A DNA stretch of 63,940 bases, the filler included, from Polymyxa betae A26-41 (lineage: Eukaryota; Protista; Endomyxa: Phytomyxea), in the NCBI GenBank assembly GCA_003693705.1. It is 6 parts of 6 records of this genome, joined end to end, with 100 filler letters (N's around TTAATTAATTAA, not from the genome) between each part and the next. Parts side by side here need not be neighbours in the genome. Positions count along the whole stretch, not along the records: positions 1 to 30,298 come from RBZT01000814.1; positions 30,399 to 47,346 come from RBZT01000444.1; 4 more parts are not named here. One strand, 5' to 3'. The notes beneath the pieces are model-generated. The model searched no databases and was not told the DNA's origin. It saw only the letters and a program-made list of their open reading frames with translations. Below, piece after piece: positions 22,230-35,100 of this stretch (position 1 is its first letter; the number at the start of each line of letters is the position of its first letter). The position numbers and the translations under genes were made by a program.

Positions 22230-24802
22230 TGAGTGTCGAAACACGGACTAGAAGACAGACAAAGCGAAAGCAGATTCAAACGCACACTGTATTGCAACAA
22301 TTATAATAATGATAAAAAATCAAATCAAAGGCACGCGACGTCGCGTACGACGTGACAATGAGCCTACCCAACCACCCACCCCCAAGCAGCAATCCCAATG
22401 CAATGGCAATAGACGACGTGGGGCAGGCGGAGCGCCGATACTCGGGTAGTACAGGTATCGATCAGAACCCTAGCAGGCCCCCAAAAAGCAAAAAACACAC
22501 ACGGTGAATGGCAATTCAATTCCAAAACGAAAACCTCAAAACAAACAGAACAGTGCAAAAACTATCACTCCGTAAGTCTCGCTTAACACCCTATCGGACT
22601 TCAAACCACCTGCAAAAATACTTCGTAATGGAGACAACTACCATTCAGCGGTAATCAAGACAGTCAGGACGGGCACGGGTCCAACGGATGCAATTTCCTC
22701 ACTCCAGCAGTACGTTAAACATTGCAATTTCCTGAACAATATAACCTGGCGACACAAATGCGAATTTCTGCACTCGGTAACATATTCTGCAAGTGCTAGC
22801 TCCAAGTCAGGGCGAGCCTCTCAACCAACCTCATATATATCATATATGACATGGTTTTATTAGAACAGTCCAAAATGCTCAAAAACGCAGCCAACCAACT
22901 GGCACAACCTGACAGCGTGACACCCCATAACACAGCCAAGGTCGACGATGACCGTCAAGTCGTTATCTTCAATATCGAGCCCCACATCGCCAACAGTAAC
23001 TTCTTCCTGGCTGGATTCCGGGGACCTGAAAAACCTGTTGAACTTGTCAAGATTGACACAAAAACCGTTATCAAACTCACTTTCAACAACCCGCAAGAAG
23101 CCCAAACAATCATAAAAAACGGCCATATCACTATCTGGGATATCGAATACACCGTGGCTGAGCAACCTCAGACAAGGATCAACATTTGCAGTTCGTGCCG
23201 TTCTCTGGACTGTCCTGCCATGGGACGATGCGGAGCGATACGATGTGGAATATGCACAGGCGAGCACAAAACAGCAGACTGTACAGCCGATCCTACAGTG
23301 GAGCGCACAAACCATAACACAACAAAAAGCGGTCGAGCTAGCCTCCTTTAATGGATAATAAGAGCACTCACGAAAACTTGCAGAAGGAGGTTGATAAGTT
23401 ATTCCCAAATTTATTTGTCTAAACGAAATTAGCACAGTCCTTAGCAATGCCATTACATATAAAACAATTAACACAAACCAATACAGTTCTGGAATATGGA
23501 GCTGTCGAAGAACAAAAACGACATGAATACAGCGAGACCTTCCATCATTCAAGCACGCAGAAATGGGCAGAATCTGATCCGACGTGTAATCAAACACAAA
23601 TGTAAAAACGAGCTTTTTCAAAGACATTCGCAGAAGTCAAACTTGCACGCCTACAACAAAGGTTAAAAGAGGCATCTAAACCCCGAACAGGAGCTGCTCT
23701 CAATAAGCTAATCCGACAAATCCAACCACAGCAAAAAACCCAGAAAAAATTTTCCCCAACTAAATGGCACCAGAAGACGAGGCAGAACAAATTGCTGACA
23801 AATTTGCAACAATCTTCTGCGGAAGGGAGCTGGCAGATCTGCAGTATACGCTAGATGAACTTCGACAGAGAATCCTGACAACCGAAGATTTAGTCACCAC
23901 AGAGCGCGAACTGAAACAGGCGTTCAAAGCAGCCAACAGCCGGTTTGCCCCAGGGCCAGACAAAATATCTAATATGATTCTGAAATCAGCGAACGAAAAT
24001 ACGGTATTTTTTCATCTTGTATTATGTGCTATTAATAACCATATACAATCTGGGAAATACCCTGCGATGCTCCACGGACCCCTGCTCCAACGCCGAGGCC
24101 GGAAAAGGATACGAAGTCCAAGAACAAGGCCAGTTCCAGCAAGAGTCGCCGGCGCAATCGCTCTAAAAGCCCTGTCAAGCGTCGGTCCCGATAGCGCTGC
24201 CGCTCACCGCCCCGCCGCTCCCGCCCCCGTTCTCCCTCTCCGAAGAACGGCAAGATGGAAGCCGCCGAGTCTGAATCGGACTTGGAATCCAAAACAGCCA
24301 GAATTGTTGCACTAGCGAAATGCAAGCCAGGTGATTTCCGGCCAATTAGTCTCCTATCAAACATCTTTAAAATCACAGAAATCATAATCCAACATCGAAT
24401 CAGGCTTTCCGTTAAAAATAAACTTCCAGCTAATCAATTCGGCTGCTGTCCTGGGCACTCCACAGCTCAAGCCCTGAAAGAGGCTCATGCATTATTCCTG
24501 CGGGATCAGTGCAATCAACATTCAACAACTCGGATGCATCTTCTACGATTTTATAAAGGCCTATGATAGGGTCCCGAGACATATCGTCCTCAAAAAATGG
24601 TAGAATTGGAAATCCACCAGCAGCTCACAATGCTCACATACAACTGTCTACAGGACCGTCAATTTACCGTTACACATAAAGGATACACGACTAGACTGCG
24701 ACAGCAATGTAACGGTATCCCACACGGATCCAGTCTCAGCGTATTACTCTGGCTACTTTTCGTTTATGACATGCCCCTCGATCCTAATACATCCAACATT
24801 TA
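22230..24802 (+). mobile_element. Degenerate LINE (ORF1 zinc knuckles, APE remnant, RT), internally deleted and 3'-truncated
   Basis: ORF1 CGICTGEHKTADC; APE start FICLNEI; RT APGPDKISN, FRPISLLSNIFK, NQFG, DFIKAYDRV, GIPHGSSLS. The sequence breaks off at the YxDD position. The 5' boundary is approximate. Confidence 0.88.
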
Positions 24803-25404
24803 TAGGTGTACATGGCGAGGCTGTGTAGTAACACGGAGCAGACGAATGTATCGTGTACAAGAGGTAACGGCAGGAACATTCTAATGAACATAAACACGTG
24901 TAAGTTACACGTGTAAGACTTAAGTTCCCGGACTTGAGAACATGCGTGAACAAGCCGAGTGCCAAGAGCACCAAATCTACCTCGCGACGAAACTCGCCGG
25001 CACATCATTTTGAATCATTGAAACCAAGACGAGAGAAAAAATCTTTTTTGCATGCCCCAAGGCATTCAGACCAGAAGTTCAGCACGTCGGATCGCTATGG
25101 AGGTTGATACTTCTATGCGACCCAGAAGCGACCCCGCGGCTCGGGATGATGAGAATCCCGAAGACCGAGGTCCAACGGCTATCGAAAGCCCGAATGAAGT
25201 CGATGAAAGTAACCTCAGTAGAAGAGATGAGAATATTGATGAGAATGATACTGAAAGAGGTTTCGAGATTCGTTTCTGAAGACGAGTCAAACGGAAGAAA
25301 AATCAAAGTTGTTACCAAATATTGAATTGAAAATATAAAATATCGATGTTTGCGATCATAAAATTCGGAAGTACCCCACCATGGGGGGGGGGGTGGTCCT
25401 GCTG

Positions 25405-25850
25405 TCAAACATATCGCTATTCCGAACCTGCGCCAGGACGGATCAATCCCTGCGTTTCTTTCGCCAGAAACTTGCCGGCGTTACGTTACATTAGAATTTT
25501 GCCCGTCCCGTTACAGTACCGACTGCATTTCCGGAAAGGAATTCTCCAGCAATACGCCGTTGGTGTGTTTGAAACTTTTGCTCTTGGAGCGTTTGAATCA
25601 TGATCTATCATATCATTAATACAGCGTCTGGGAATATCAGTAGATGATAGAAGTGTTGCGATCTTGTTCGTAATAGTCGATTGCCGATCTGACACTATCA
25701 TTTTCACGAATGCGATATTGGGAGAGATTCGTTTGCTGATGGGAATAGAATATGTTATATGTATTTAATGTTATAGAAAATATTCATGACCAATATCGGC
25801 AATGTCAAATCGGTGTTATATCGTAATCCAGCCCGCATTCCGACGACCCG
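25405..25850 (+). repeat. Dispersed ~450-bp repeat, copy 2
   Basis: Colinear with 18040-18490. Confidence 0.9.
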
Positions 25851-26232
25851 ATACCATGAATCAGTGTTTTGCTCATTTTAAGATTCTATTTTTTTCTTTT
25901 ACGACATTCGCATAGATTAGTGCGTTTGCCCATTATTCCAGATATTTTTTTCCAAAACGTTTGTCTTTTAGGATGCTCTATACGGTCTTCCCAGTATCCC
26001 TGACCGTAGCCACGGACGCGCTCCCGACTCTCATTCAGCGGTGTTGCACCAACGGCGCACCTGACTGAGCGCGTCATTCCGGAACTAGCGCCCAAAATCT
26101 TTTTCCAGCCCAAGACTCCGTTCAGCAAACTGATTCAGATATTTATTAAATTAAAAAAAACGAAGAGGAATGGAAATTAAAGCGCCTACAGCTTAACATC
26201 TGGAATCGGCATCGTCCAGAGGGAATCGATTT

Positions 26233-27315
26233 CTAACACTGGCTCATCGTCGTCCAATGATGGTAAGGACATTTTCGAGTAATCAATACGCTGCCGTTGA
26301 CGAAAACGAGCAGGGCTTTAGCCGGTTGCTTTTCACACGACGGGATCTCTGTTTCAATTTTACGAAGACGCTTGGGCGTTCTCCATGTTGGAATCCGGAC
26401 CTCAGGTATTGGACAAGCCTTATTACCAGACTTCAATACATACGCTAAAACCAGAAGGAAATCTCTGGTGTCAACCAGGCCGGATGTAAATCTGGCTGGA
26501 AAAGTATATGCGACACCACGATCAGTGAGTAGCAGTTTGTACTCAGCTTGGTTGTACAGTAAGGTTGGAGCACCACCAGAAGCTCTGAGCCCGGCCACAG
26601 TTTGAATCGACCGAGATTTCTTGTAATATTGATGATGGATAGGAAATGTAAGGTGTGTTTTCGCTTCAGTGACGATAAGGTAGCGACAAGCATCGCGATG
26701 AGAGCGAAATGCATTATCGGTCACACCAACAACGGCCAGATCTGGATCAGCCAGTAATCCGCCCACATAATACTTAGTCTTGCCACCAGGAGCGCATGAC
26801 AGATTGTAAGCACTCGAAATCTTATCCAGCAGAGATTGAAAGTGCGACTCGACTAGGCTCTCGGAATTCTCACAATTGCTTAAATTGTTGAGCGCGTTAA
26901 TAATATTCGGCCTTTCTCCGATATCTTCAAAATGCTGGATATCTTCATCAGTGAGCTGAAGACGTGATGCTAGATCCCCCAGCGTGTTAATATGTGAATG
27001 ATTTCTATAAATAGCCGGATCGGTGATGGGATATTGCAATTCCGAAGCCGTAGGTGAGACAATAAATTATCGACGAGGATAGTCTGGCAATCCACAATTG
27101 CGAAATTGAAATTGAGGACGCAATGAATTCAAATTTGTTAGGTGCCTGGCTCGATGTTCTTTCAAAAGCAGACGCAATGGGTCCTCGTCTCCTGACTCCC
27201 GATCTGTGTCACTACTGACAGTGCTGACGTCGTCATCGCTATTATGATATTGGATATTGACATCGGACTCCGGTTGGTAGGACCATAACGACGCCTCCGT
27301 GAGCACTGTCGACAT
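26233..27315 (-). CDS. Putative PD-(D/E)xK restriction-endonuclease-fold protein, frameshifted or spliced near 27060
   Basis: VVGVTDNAF...YLIVTEAKT motif after a helical segment (ESLVESHFQSLL); acidic N-terminal ORF 27067-27354. Confidence 0.45.
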
Positions 27316-27879
27316 GGTATGAGAAGAGAAGCGACTGAAATTGTCTCTGCACACCTCATATCACTGTGGGAGGAGGCCGCGCCACGCAGCTTTTTCACAC
27401 GAAACACTTTCAATGGATTTTGTTACTGGGTGAACTATCTAATTTTTTCTAAAATTGTATGGATGCTCGGAGTTGAATTTAAGTTGAATTTAACCCTGAA
27501 ATACTGCAAGATCTGAAAATGGAAGTAGCAGTTTTTGAAGAGCACAAAAATGAATGCCGCGCGATTCATAGACCTTGTGCTAAAAAACAGCATGGCCGCC
27601 CGTTCATAGGTTGTCGAATCCAATCAACACTAAAAACGCTAACCCCGACGATTCTACATGCAGATTCATCTTCATCAACACACCCTCGATGAACGTTATG
27701 TCGGCTCAGACCGCCTTGAACAGAATGAATTTCCGAACGTTATCCGGCAGGGTCGCCATGGACTCTCATCTCTCTGCTAGACGGTCCCTGCCAATCGAAC
27801 ACGTCACAAATGAGAAAATGAGAGAAAAAGGGTTTCGTCCCGGTCACAACTAAGGTGTTATTCAGAAAACAATCCGCTG

Positions 27880-29200
27880 CAGAAGCTGACGCTGAATGTC
27901 CATGCATTCGGATTTGGAGAATCGAGCGAGGAAAATGATATGATCATATGAATGCAGCCCTCGGCTTCGTTAGAGATTTGGGGCCAATACATCGGATCTG
28001 ATATGTAATCGGTAACACTATGGATGTTAATGACGGGATTTCAAATATTTGAAATTTGTGAACAATCCTGGCTTTCACTGATTATTTCAACCGCCGTGAA
28101 CTTTCTTCCGATTGATAAATTGTCAAGATTTATGGTTGGCATTAGAATGAAACAGAGCTGCCCATCAAGCTCTAGCTGATCTTGGCCAGTATCAGATAGT
28201 TTCCGTTGCAATCAATGAAGGCGTGAATCAACCCGCAACATTCAGGTTGCGATTTGGGAACGGGCGTAATGAGTGCACTCTTTTAGGAGCACAAATTGCA
28301 GTCAACAAGGAGAGAAACAAGTTTTCGTATCTGATAGACACTTTGGACATTGCAAAGGTCATAGATAACCGAAATCAGTATACTACTCTTATATGCACTT
28401 TCGGGAATCCCCCCATATTCATGACGCCTTAGTTTAAATCTAAGCACACGAAAACACGCTTTAGAAAAACACGAAAAACTGTCACAGTCATCCAGAGATC
28501 TCACTTTGGACAGAGGAAGTTTTTGCAGTAACAAATCTGTAAGCTCAGATGGCACAACAAGTGAAGCTGCTTCCATTTGCATATATCTGACCCAGACCCA
28601 TCCAGTACTATATGTGAATTAGAGAATAGAGATACATACTGCATTGCAGTTACAAGATTTTAAATGCTAGCTCTACAATCTGGAGGCAGCTCATTACTAG
28701 ACCCTGTATCCAGAAAGCAGACAGAAACATATCTTCTCAGATTCACTCTCTTGCTTGCAATAACTACCATGCCTCCCATACAAATTCAAAATTATCAATG
28801 CTGTTGTGAAAGATGTCGCCGAAATGTTTTCGGAGCTCAGAAAGGATAATGAAATGGAAATACACTTCATGCTAACCATACTGGAATCATTATACAGAGC
28901 GATGCGATAGATGAGCTTGCCAAGAAGGCTGCCATAGATGGGGAGTTTGATCTCTTGACCCCATAGTCGCATCATACAAACTTACGTATATTTAAATAGT
29001 TCGAGAAACAAAAGCTACAAAAGTTTTTGAAAACCCCAAAGTTGAACCAAACCGAATATACCAAAGGCAGCCACAGGATGTTCTCGTATACAGAGCGAAA
29101 ATGATCAACCAGATCATCCGCTCTATACGAACAGCTCTATATTCAACCAATTCCGTACAGGACACACTAAGGCACGAATACATCTGCTCAGTTTAAAAAT
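27880..29200 (-). CDS. Multi-exon hypothetical gene
   Basis: Series of short minus-strand ORFs separated by GT-AG intron-like segments; no family recognised. Confidence 0.3.
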
Positions 29201-30298
29201 GGAACCCAGCGACCTTTGTCGACATTGTGAACGAAAACGTGAAACAATTCAGCACCAACTGCTGAAATCTCCCAAGTTTCAGCAACAACTCAAAAAGTAC
29301 TGAAAGTAAAAACCTCGCGATTTAAACGATGCATTCTACATCCAGGACAATTTCATGGCAAAATTTTAGCAAAAGCATTTCAACTCGGCTGTAACCTATA
29401 GTAGGTAAGGAAAGGTTTGGTACATTGGGTTCGAGTCCTTGTTGGGTTGAGCGGGTGCCTAATCAAAGCTCTCTCAGGTCCTGCAGACTGTGCCGAAACC
29501 GTTACAAATCAACAAAATCGGATGAAATACTGAATTGTCGAGTAACGGTTCCGAGAATTATTTGGCAATTGTCGCTTGAATGTCTCGGCCGTTCGTTGCG
29601 GAAATGGCACCGTCTGTTGCCCAAAGGTCAACCAATTATTCAAATCAAACCAATCCAAAGTCTGATATCAGAAACTATATCAGCCCAGCCCCTGCCAATG
29701 CTGATGAGGACCCTGATAATGATCAAGACGGGCCTGCGGACGAGCCCGATGTAACAGAACACAGGTCGGGCCGTGCACCATCTGACGTATGACAACCTCG
29801 AACGCATGAAACTGAAGACGATCAGAAACTGGCCCCATAGCACTGGTTTAGCATACATGGGGAGTCTGCCCTATCGGCTTCCACGAGCTCGCTATCACCA
29901 GATATGTTCCCGAATGATTCCGGCTGCTTGAATTCCGAGAATTGGATTAGTTGATAGTTGGCACAATTTTGATCGACATGAAATCTTACTGATATTGGCA
30001 GATATTTGCATCATGTAACCTAATACACGGCATTCTATTGTTCTTGGCTGGTATTTGGCTGAACCTGATGACTTAGGGTCGTGAAGAATTCTTTGACAGA
30101 GTGATCCTTCATCCATTCGTAACAGGTGAGCGCTTGTTACACCGATCTCGAGATACCAAAAAGGGCAGAATCACGCAGCTCAACTCCCGGAACATGTCAT
30201 ACCAATACCATTCCTGAAACCCGGATTACCTCATTACGAACCTCGGATAAACAGAAAACGTGAAACTTCCGGAATATTACCGTCGCTCTGTATGTAAA

Positions 30299-30398
30299 NN
30301 NNNNNNNNNNNNNNNNNNNNNNNNNNNNNNNNNNNNNNNNNNTTAATTAATTAANNNNNNNNNNNNNNNNNNNNNNNNNNNNNNNNNNNNNNNNNNNN
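30299..30398. other. Artificial contig linker
   Basis: Ns around TTAATTAATTAA (stops in six frames), 100 nt. The same linker occurs at 47347-47446, 52402-52501, 58157-58256 and 62085-62184. Confidence 0.98.
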
Positions 30399-31017
30399 TT
30401 CCATCGGCGACACCCTGACCGGCCAGGACCCGCTCTGACTAATCGCTCCAGGCCTAAGAGGGGGGCGATGTCATGCCCATTGAGCATGACAGTACTCGCA
30501 GCCGCCCAGCCGACCACCAGGCAGTCGTACTGGCCCTTCCTGAGGGGCTGCGCAGAGGGCTGCGCCCCTGCTGACGATTCCTATAGGGGAAGAGCCCTAA
30601 CTGTCACGGACTGCGCGGGTCCCCTCGTCTCCCTACTATGAATGGCGAGGAGCGGCCTCCACGCAACCATTCCGATCAACTCCAAAATTCATACGTTCCT
30701 CATCTCGTCTCCGACTCTCTATTGCTTCGTTCTCTCGCCTCGCCTCACCTCCGACTCCCCTCCGACCTTCGTCTCCGCTCCGCCTCCGTCTCACCGGCAC
30801 CGCTCCGTACGTCCTTCCTACGCTCCACTACGATCCCCTCACCGCTCCACTCCGACCCTCTCTCCGCTGCACTCCGTGCCCCGCCGCTCCGCCTCCGAGG
30901 ACTCCCTGACGTCGCTCCGTTGCAGGACACCGGTCCCCCGCGTCCTATCCTCTGCTCCCGAGTCATCGCACCGCTTATCTAACCAATAAAAGGGGACTTT
31001 TTTACTCGATCCTAACA
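30399..31017 (+). mobile_element. Chromovirus (Ty3/Gypsy) 3' end with PPT and LTR (30469-31017)
   Basis: PPT AAGAGGGGGGCGA, then TGTCATG...CCTAACA; near-identical to 47689-48229. Confidence 0.92.
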
Positions 31018-31199
31018 GTGTGGACCGACAGCAACCGTTGCCTTGGCCCTGCCCTGCGGCTGCGATTCAATGACCGGCTCCGACAACGCTATACATGAGG
31101 CTGAGGCAGAGCTCATCAGCGCATCGCCTGTTGATCTCGTACAAGCTACTGAGGTCACGCCCAGGAAGAGGAGAATCGATTTACCTGTTTGTAAACAAA

Positions 31200-33525
31200 A
31201 GTGGCACCATGAGCATTGACAGAAATTGGAAAATGACCATAGGAAATGTGATTATTGTACACTGGTATGTCCTATTTTCTGTCATCTTGGTTATTCAGAA
31301 CCCTAATAGTCTCTTTAGGTTCATAGCTCTTCAACAACAACTGGATCCATGATTTCCCATTTATCTGAGAAGCACAACATCTCGCAGGACTGTATATCTG
31401 CTACAGCTACGACTCCAAGTTCGTCCAGCGTATCAAATTGGCGCCAGCCAATGTTAAACCATTTTATACCAAAGTTAAAACCAGAAGCTATCGCGAAGTC
31501 TGACAATGCAGTGGTTATTTACATTGTTCTCTCACAACTTCCTCACTCTGTTTCCGATTCGGATCCGTTCAGAGAGCTGGAGAAATCATTGTGTCCTGGA
31601 TATACACCAAAATCTGCCCGAAAAGTTAAGCGCAGCATTTTAGAGATGTAAACGGTTTGCCGTTCTCTGTTAAAATCCTATTTCTCGAAGGTTCAGGCCG
31701 CGTTTCACTAACATTCGATGGATGGTCCAATGATTCCTTAAAAGGATTCTACTCTGTTACAATGCATTTTTGCGATTTAAAATCGAAAGCAATGCATTCG
31801 ATCCTCTTCGACTTTCTTACAGTTCTACCCGGCGTTGGAGTTGGTGGATGTATTGCCGAATGCCTTTATCTACGTTTAAAGTCATTTAATCTTTCTGGAA
31901 AGCTACTTGCTGCTGTTAGCGATAACGGCTCGGATGCTGTCAAAGCAGCACAATGCCTTTCGCGAATGGTCGTCGACGAAGAGACTGGATTACCAGTTCT
32001 GCGGCATGATCATCATATTAGCTAAAGGTTTTCGTTTGAAATTGCATTGGCTCACTCTCTTCTGGCAATTCAGGTGCATTGTCCACGTACTGCAGCTCGG
32101 TATCAAAAGTGCAGTTGAAGTAATCTCTGGGAAGATTGCCAACCTAAGTCAAGTTTTGTGGATTATTCGCTCTTCTAAAGTTAAACGAGATCTATACCGG
32201 GAATTATCCCAGACATTAAACGGTCAAAAACGAGAGCCCCCACATCTTGATGTGGTAACACGATGGATTCCACCCATTTGATGATCAAGTGCTGCATCGA
32301 TTCTCGAAACATTATCGAATTGATGATGACAGGGCTGAATTTATGATTTCGCCGACTACGCAGTGTCGCCAAGTGATTGGATGGAATTTGAAGCTATGGC
32401 AGGCTGCCTAGAGACTCCAGCCAAGATTTCGACATTCCTAGGCGGAGACAAAGGTTACTGCAACATCTCCAGGGCTATTGCAGCCAACAAGCTCCTTGTC
32501 GAACATTGTAAAAGACACGCTGCTGATGAAAACGAAATGTTATCGAAAGCGGCCCAAAAGATTCTGGATTCTAACGAAGAATATCCTGATTTCATCAACT
32601 CGTTGCCTGTTAAAATAAGACAATTCATTGATCCTCGAAGACGGCGGCCTGCACTCAACTCAATCGAATTTGACGACATCAAAGCAGAAATCATGAATTT
32701 ACTAAGATCAGATTATGGCGAAGATCAAGATTCTTTATCGGGCGATCATCCTGAAAGCGTTGCAGCACAACACACAACCCATGATCAAGACGATATGATT
32801 TGGATGGAGGCATTCAATGATGAGAATGCAAACCAATCTCTTCCTGAAGTCGATCGATTTGCCGTTGCTCCCGTCGCTGACCGCAAATGTGATATAGTTG
32901 AATGGTGGATAACTAGACAAAACGATTTTCCGAAGTTGAGTAAATTGGCACTTGATTATTTGGCCATTCCAGTCGCTTCAGTTCCTGCTGAAACAGCAAA
33001 TTCGGCAGGAGGCCGTGCATTCGATGGTCGAGCTAATTTGCACAGCTCAACCTTCAAAGCAGAAATCTGCACCCGGTCTTGGATCCAATTCTCTCGATCA
33101 AAAAATATTGCTATACCTGATAACTTCAGGAATGCTTTTCAGCAGATGGATTGCAAAGAGTTACAAGATTTATGTGATCAAGATGAAGTGATTGCTTACA
33201 TGATGGGCGAACTCGGAGATGATCCAAATAACAACGAACGACGGAATGAGAACCCTAACCGGATGTTGAAATACTCTTTCAAGTTCGGGAAATATCAGAT
33301 TTTCGTGTTCTACTAATAGAATTTTTATTAAATAAAATTTTACTTTAAGGTTGGAACTTACCAGTCAGGAACAGACTGGTTGCCAAACCGGTTTGGGCAA
33401 TCTGGTTTGGTTTGGAGGCCTACGGTTTCGGTTTGGTTATGTCCTGAAAGCGGTTTGGTTTGGTTTGGTTTGGTTGGGAGGTCCTCAAACCGGTTTCGAA
33501 CCAAACCAAACCGTGCCGAGTACTA
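31200..33525 (+). mobile_element. hAT DNA transposon with disrupted transposase and 3' terminus
   Basis: BED-like CDYC...TTGSMISHLSEKH; SLTFDGWS; VSDNGS; RCIVHVLQL; LDVVTRW; WW...FPKLSKLALDYLAIPVASVPAE. GGTTT/AAACC subterminal repeats end at GCCGAGTACTA. Confidence 0.92.
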
Positions 33526-33849
33526 CGCAGATCCTCAAACTGCGCTCTATGTGAAAAAAACCGAAAAACCCGGTTTTGTTGTGCTGGAATAAAATCGGGT
33601 TTTATTAAAAAACCCAAAAAACCCACGCATAAAAAACCCGTGCTGCCAGTCTTGGTGTATAGAGTGCCGGGTATTTTCTGGCCGTAAAATTATAAAAACT
33701 GCCCGAATAACCGCCCCGGTGGAGTTGCTCTTAGCCGATGGCTACAGTAGCCGGCTATATTTTCGTGTCTAATCCTCTAGCACGTTTAACCAGTTAGCCA
33801 GCTAACCTGCAGGCTAACCGGAACCGTGTTTGCCCCATCGCTGGTTCTC

Positions 33850-35100
33850 ACGCACAAACCTCACTGTAAAAGTTCCAATCCAACCATCGAGGTCCTTCGC
33901 CGGCTCGAATACAATGCCATTCGACACCTCCCTGGGCTGGTGTTAAAGAGACAAGTGCTCTCATCCACGATTCTTAATAAAGCGTGACCAGGAAGCGATG
34001 ACGTCCATGACCCTTTTGTTTTGGGCTTGTATTACCAGTTTTCAAGTCTGGTTTTTGATGATACCAGCAGCGCTACTCTTCCTCGTCCACAGCGATAAGC
34101 AATTGCATAAACACGTCGGTGTACCAGTGTTTTAAAGGCATCGTAGATCGATTTTGCACCTGCTTCGTTAAGCTTCGTTAACCCCTCTACAAAAATGATT
34201 CAGCTGTCGACAAAGCGCTATGAAAACAATTACGTTGTGCACCTGGTTGATGTATATTTTGTCGTAAACGTAAATGAAAACCAACAGGAACTAATCAAGA
34301 TTCCAATTATCTCTAATCCCGAGTTGGATATGCACTTCAGCAAGTTCCGCCCCTGGTACCCATGATCGCAAAAGAAAAGCTCGCCATAGACTTTGATGTC
34401 ATCCGTACATTCCACGTTTTGCATCCTCATAACGGCACGCTTAATGACTTGTCGAACGACTCACCTTTCTCGCAAAGACTCATGCCTAAAACGATACCTG
34501 AAATAGGAGCGACAACGTTAGCTGAAGCTTCCCAAAGGCCGTCTGTGCAATATTGAAGCGAATGAATCCGGACTTCTCAAATAGAAAGAATGATAGACGA
34601 TATTGATGTTAACGAACGAATGCAATCCAACTTGCTGTCTCAAAAAACGCTCTCTCCATTGATCGTACACGTTGGTCTTTTAAATACTCGTCCCATTTCA
34701 TGGAAAGATTATTGTGATCCCTCTTCGTTTTTACGCTTGAAGATCTTGCCAAAACCGGTCTTATCCAAAGCAGCTGCCATCGGAAATTTGGAAGCGCTGT
34801 TGATAGAGAAGAAGCGGGATGGATTAAATCCGGAAGCTGCCAAATGGACCAAAACCAGAATATAATCTCAGATTCCCCGTGAAACAATCAGGTTCCAATT
34901 TTGGCCATGTAAAACGTGCAGTCTGGTTTAACTCCATTCAAGGTCGTTTCGATCAGTTCGTTTAAAATGCATGATCATTTTTTTGTTGAATGGATCATTG
35001 AGTGAATGCAACGAGCTTAACTGTCCCTCCAGAAAGTAATTTAAGGCAAACTCTCATGGTTGGGTTAGTCCTGTGAATCACTTGGTGTGACATCTGCACA
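33850..35100 (-). pseudogene. Highly degenerate DDE-transposase-like sequence with possible YqaJ-like motif
   Basis: ANVVAPISGIVLGMSL...GELFFCDHGY...GLEIIG; frameshifted LTPAQG-EWHCIRAG near 33900-33950; many stops. Confidence 0.3.

Noticed and set aside
22860-23627. 255-aa minus-strand ORF
   Set aside because: Antisense shadow of the A/C-rich LINE ORF1 region.
24894-24914. ACACGTGTAA-G-TTACACGTGT palindrome
   Set aside because: A single short hairpin with no supporting context.
28480-28582. F-box-like VPSELTDLLLQKL
   Set aside because: Weak match that appears internal to a multi-exon gene; not enough to call.
30638-30989. Pro/Arg/Ser-rich ORFs
   Set aside because: They lie wholly inside an LTR with low-complexity C-rich sequence.
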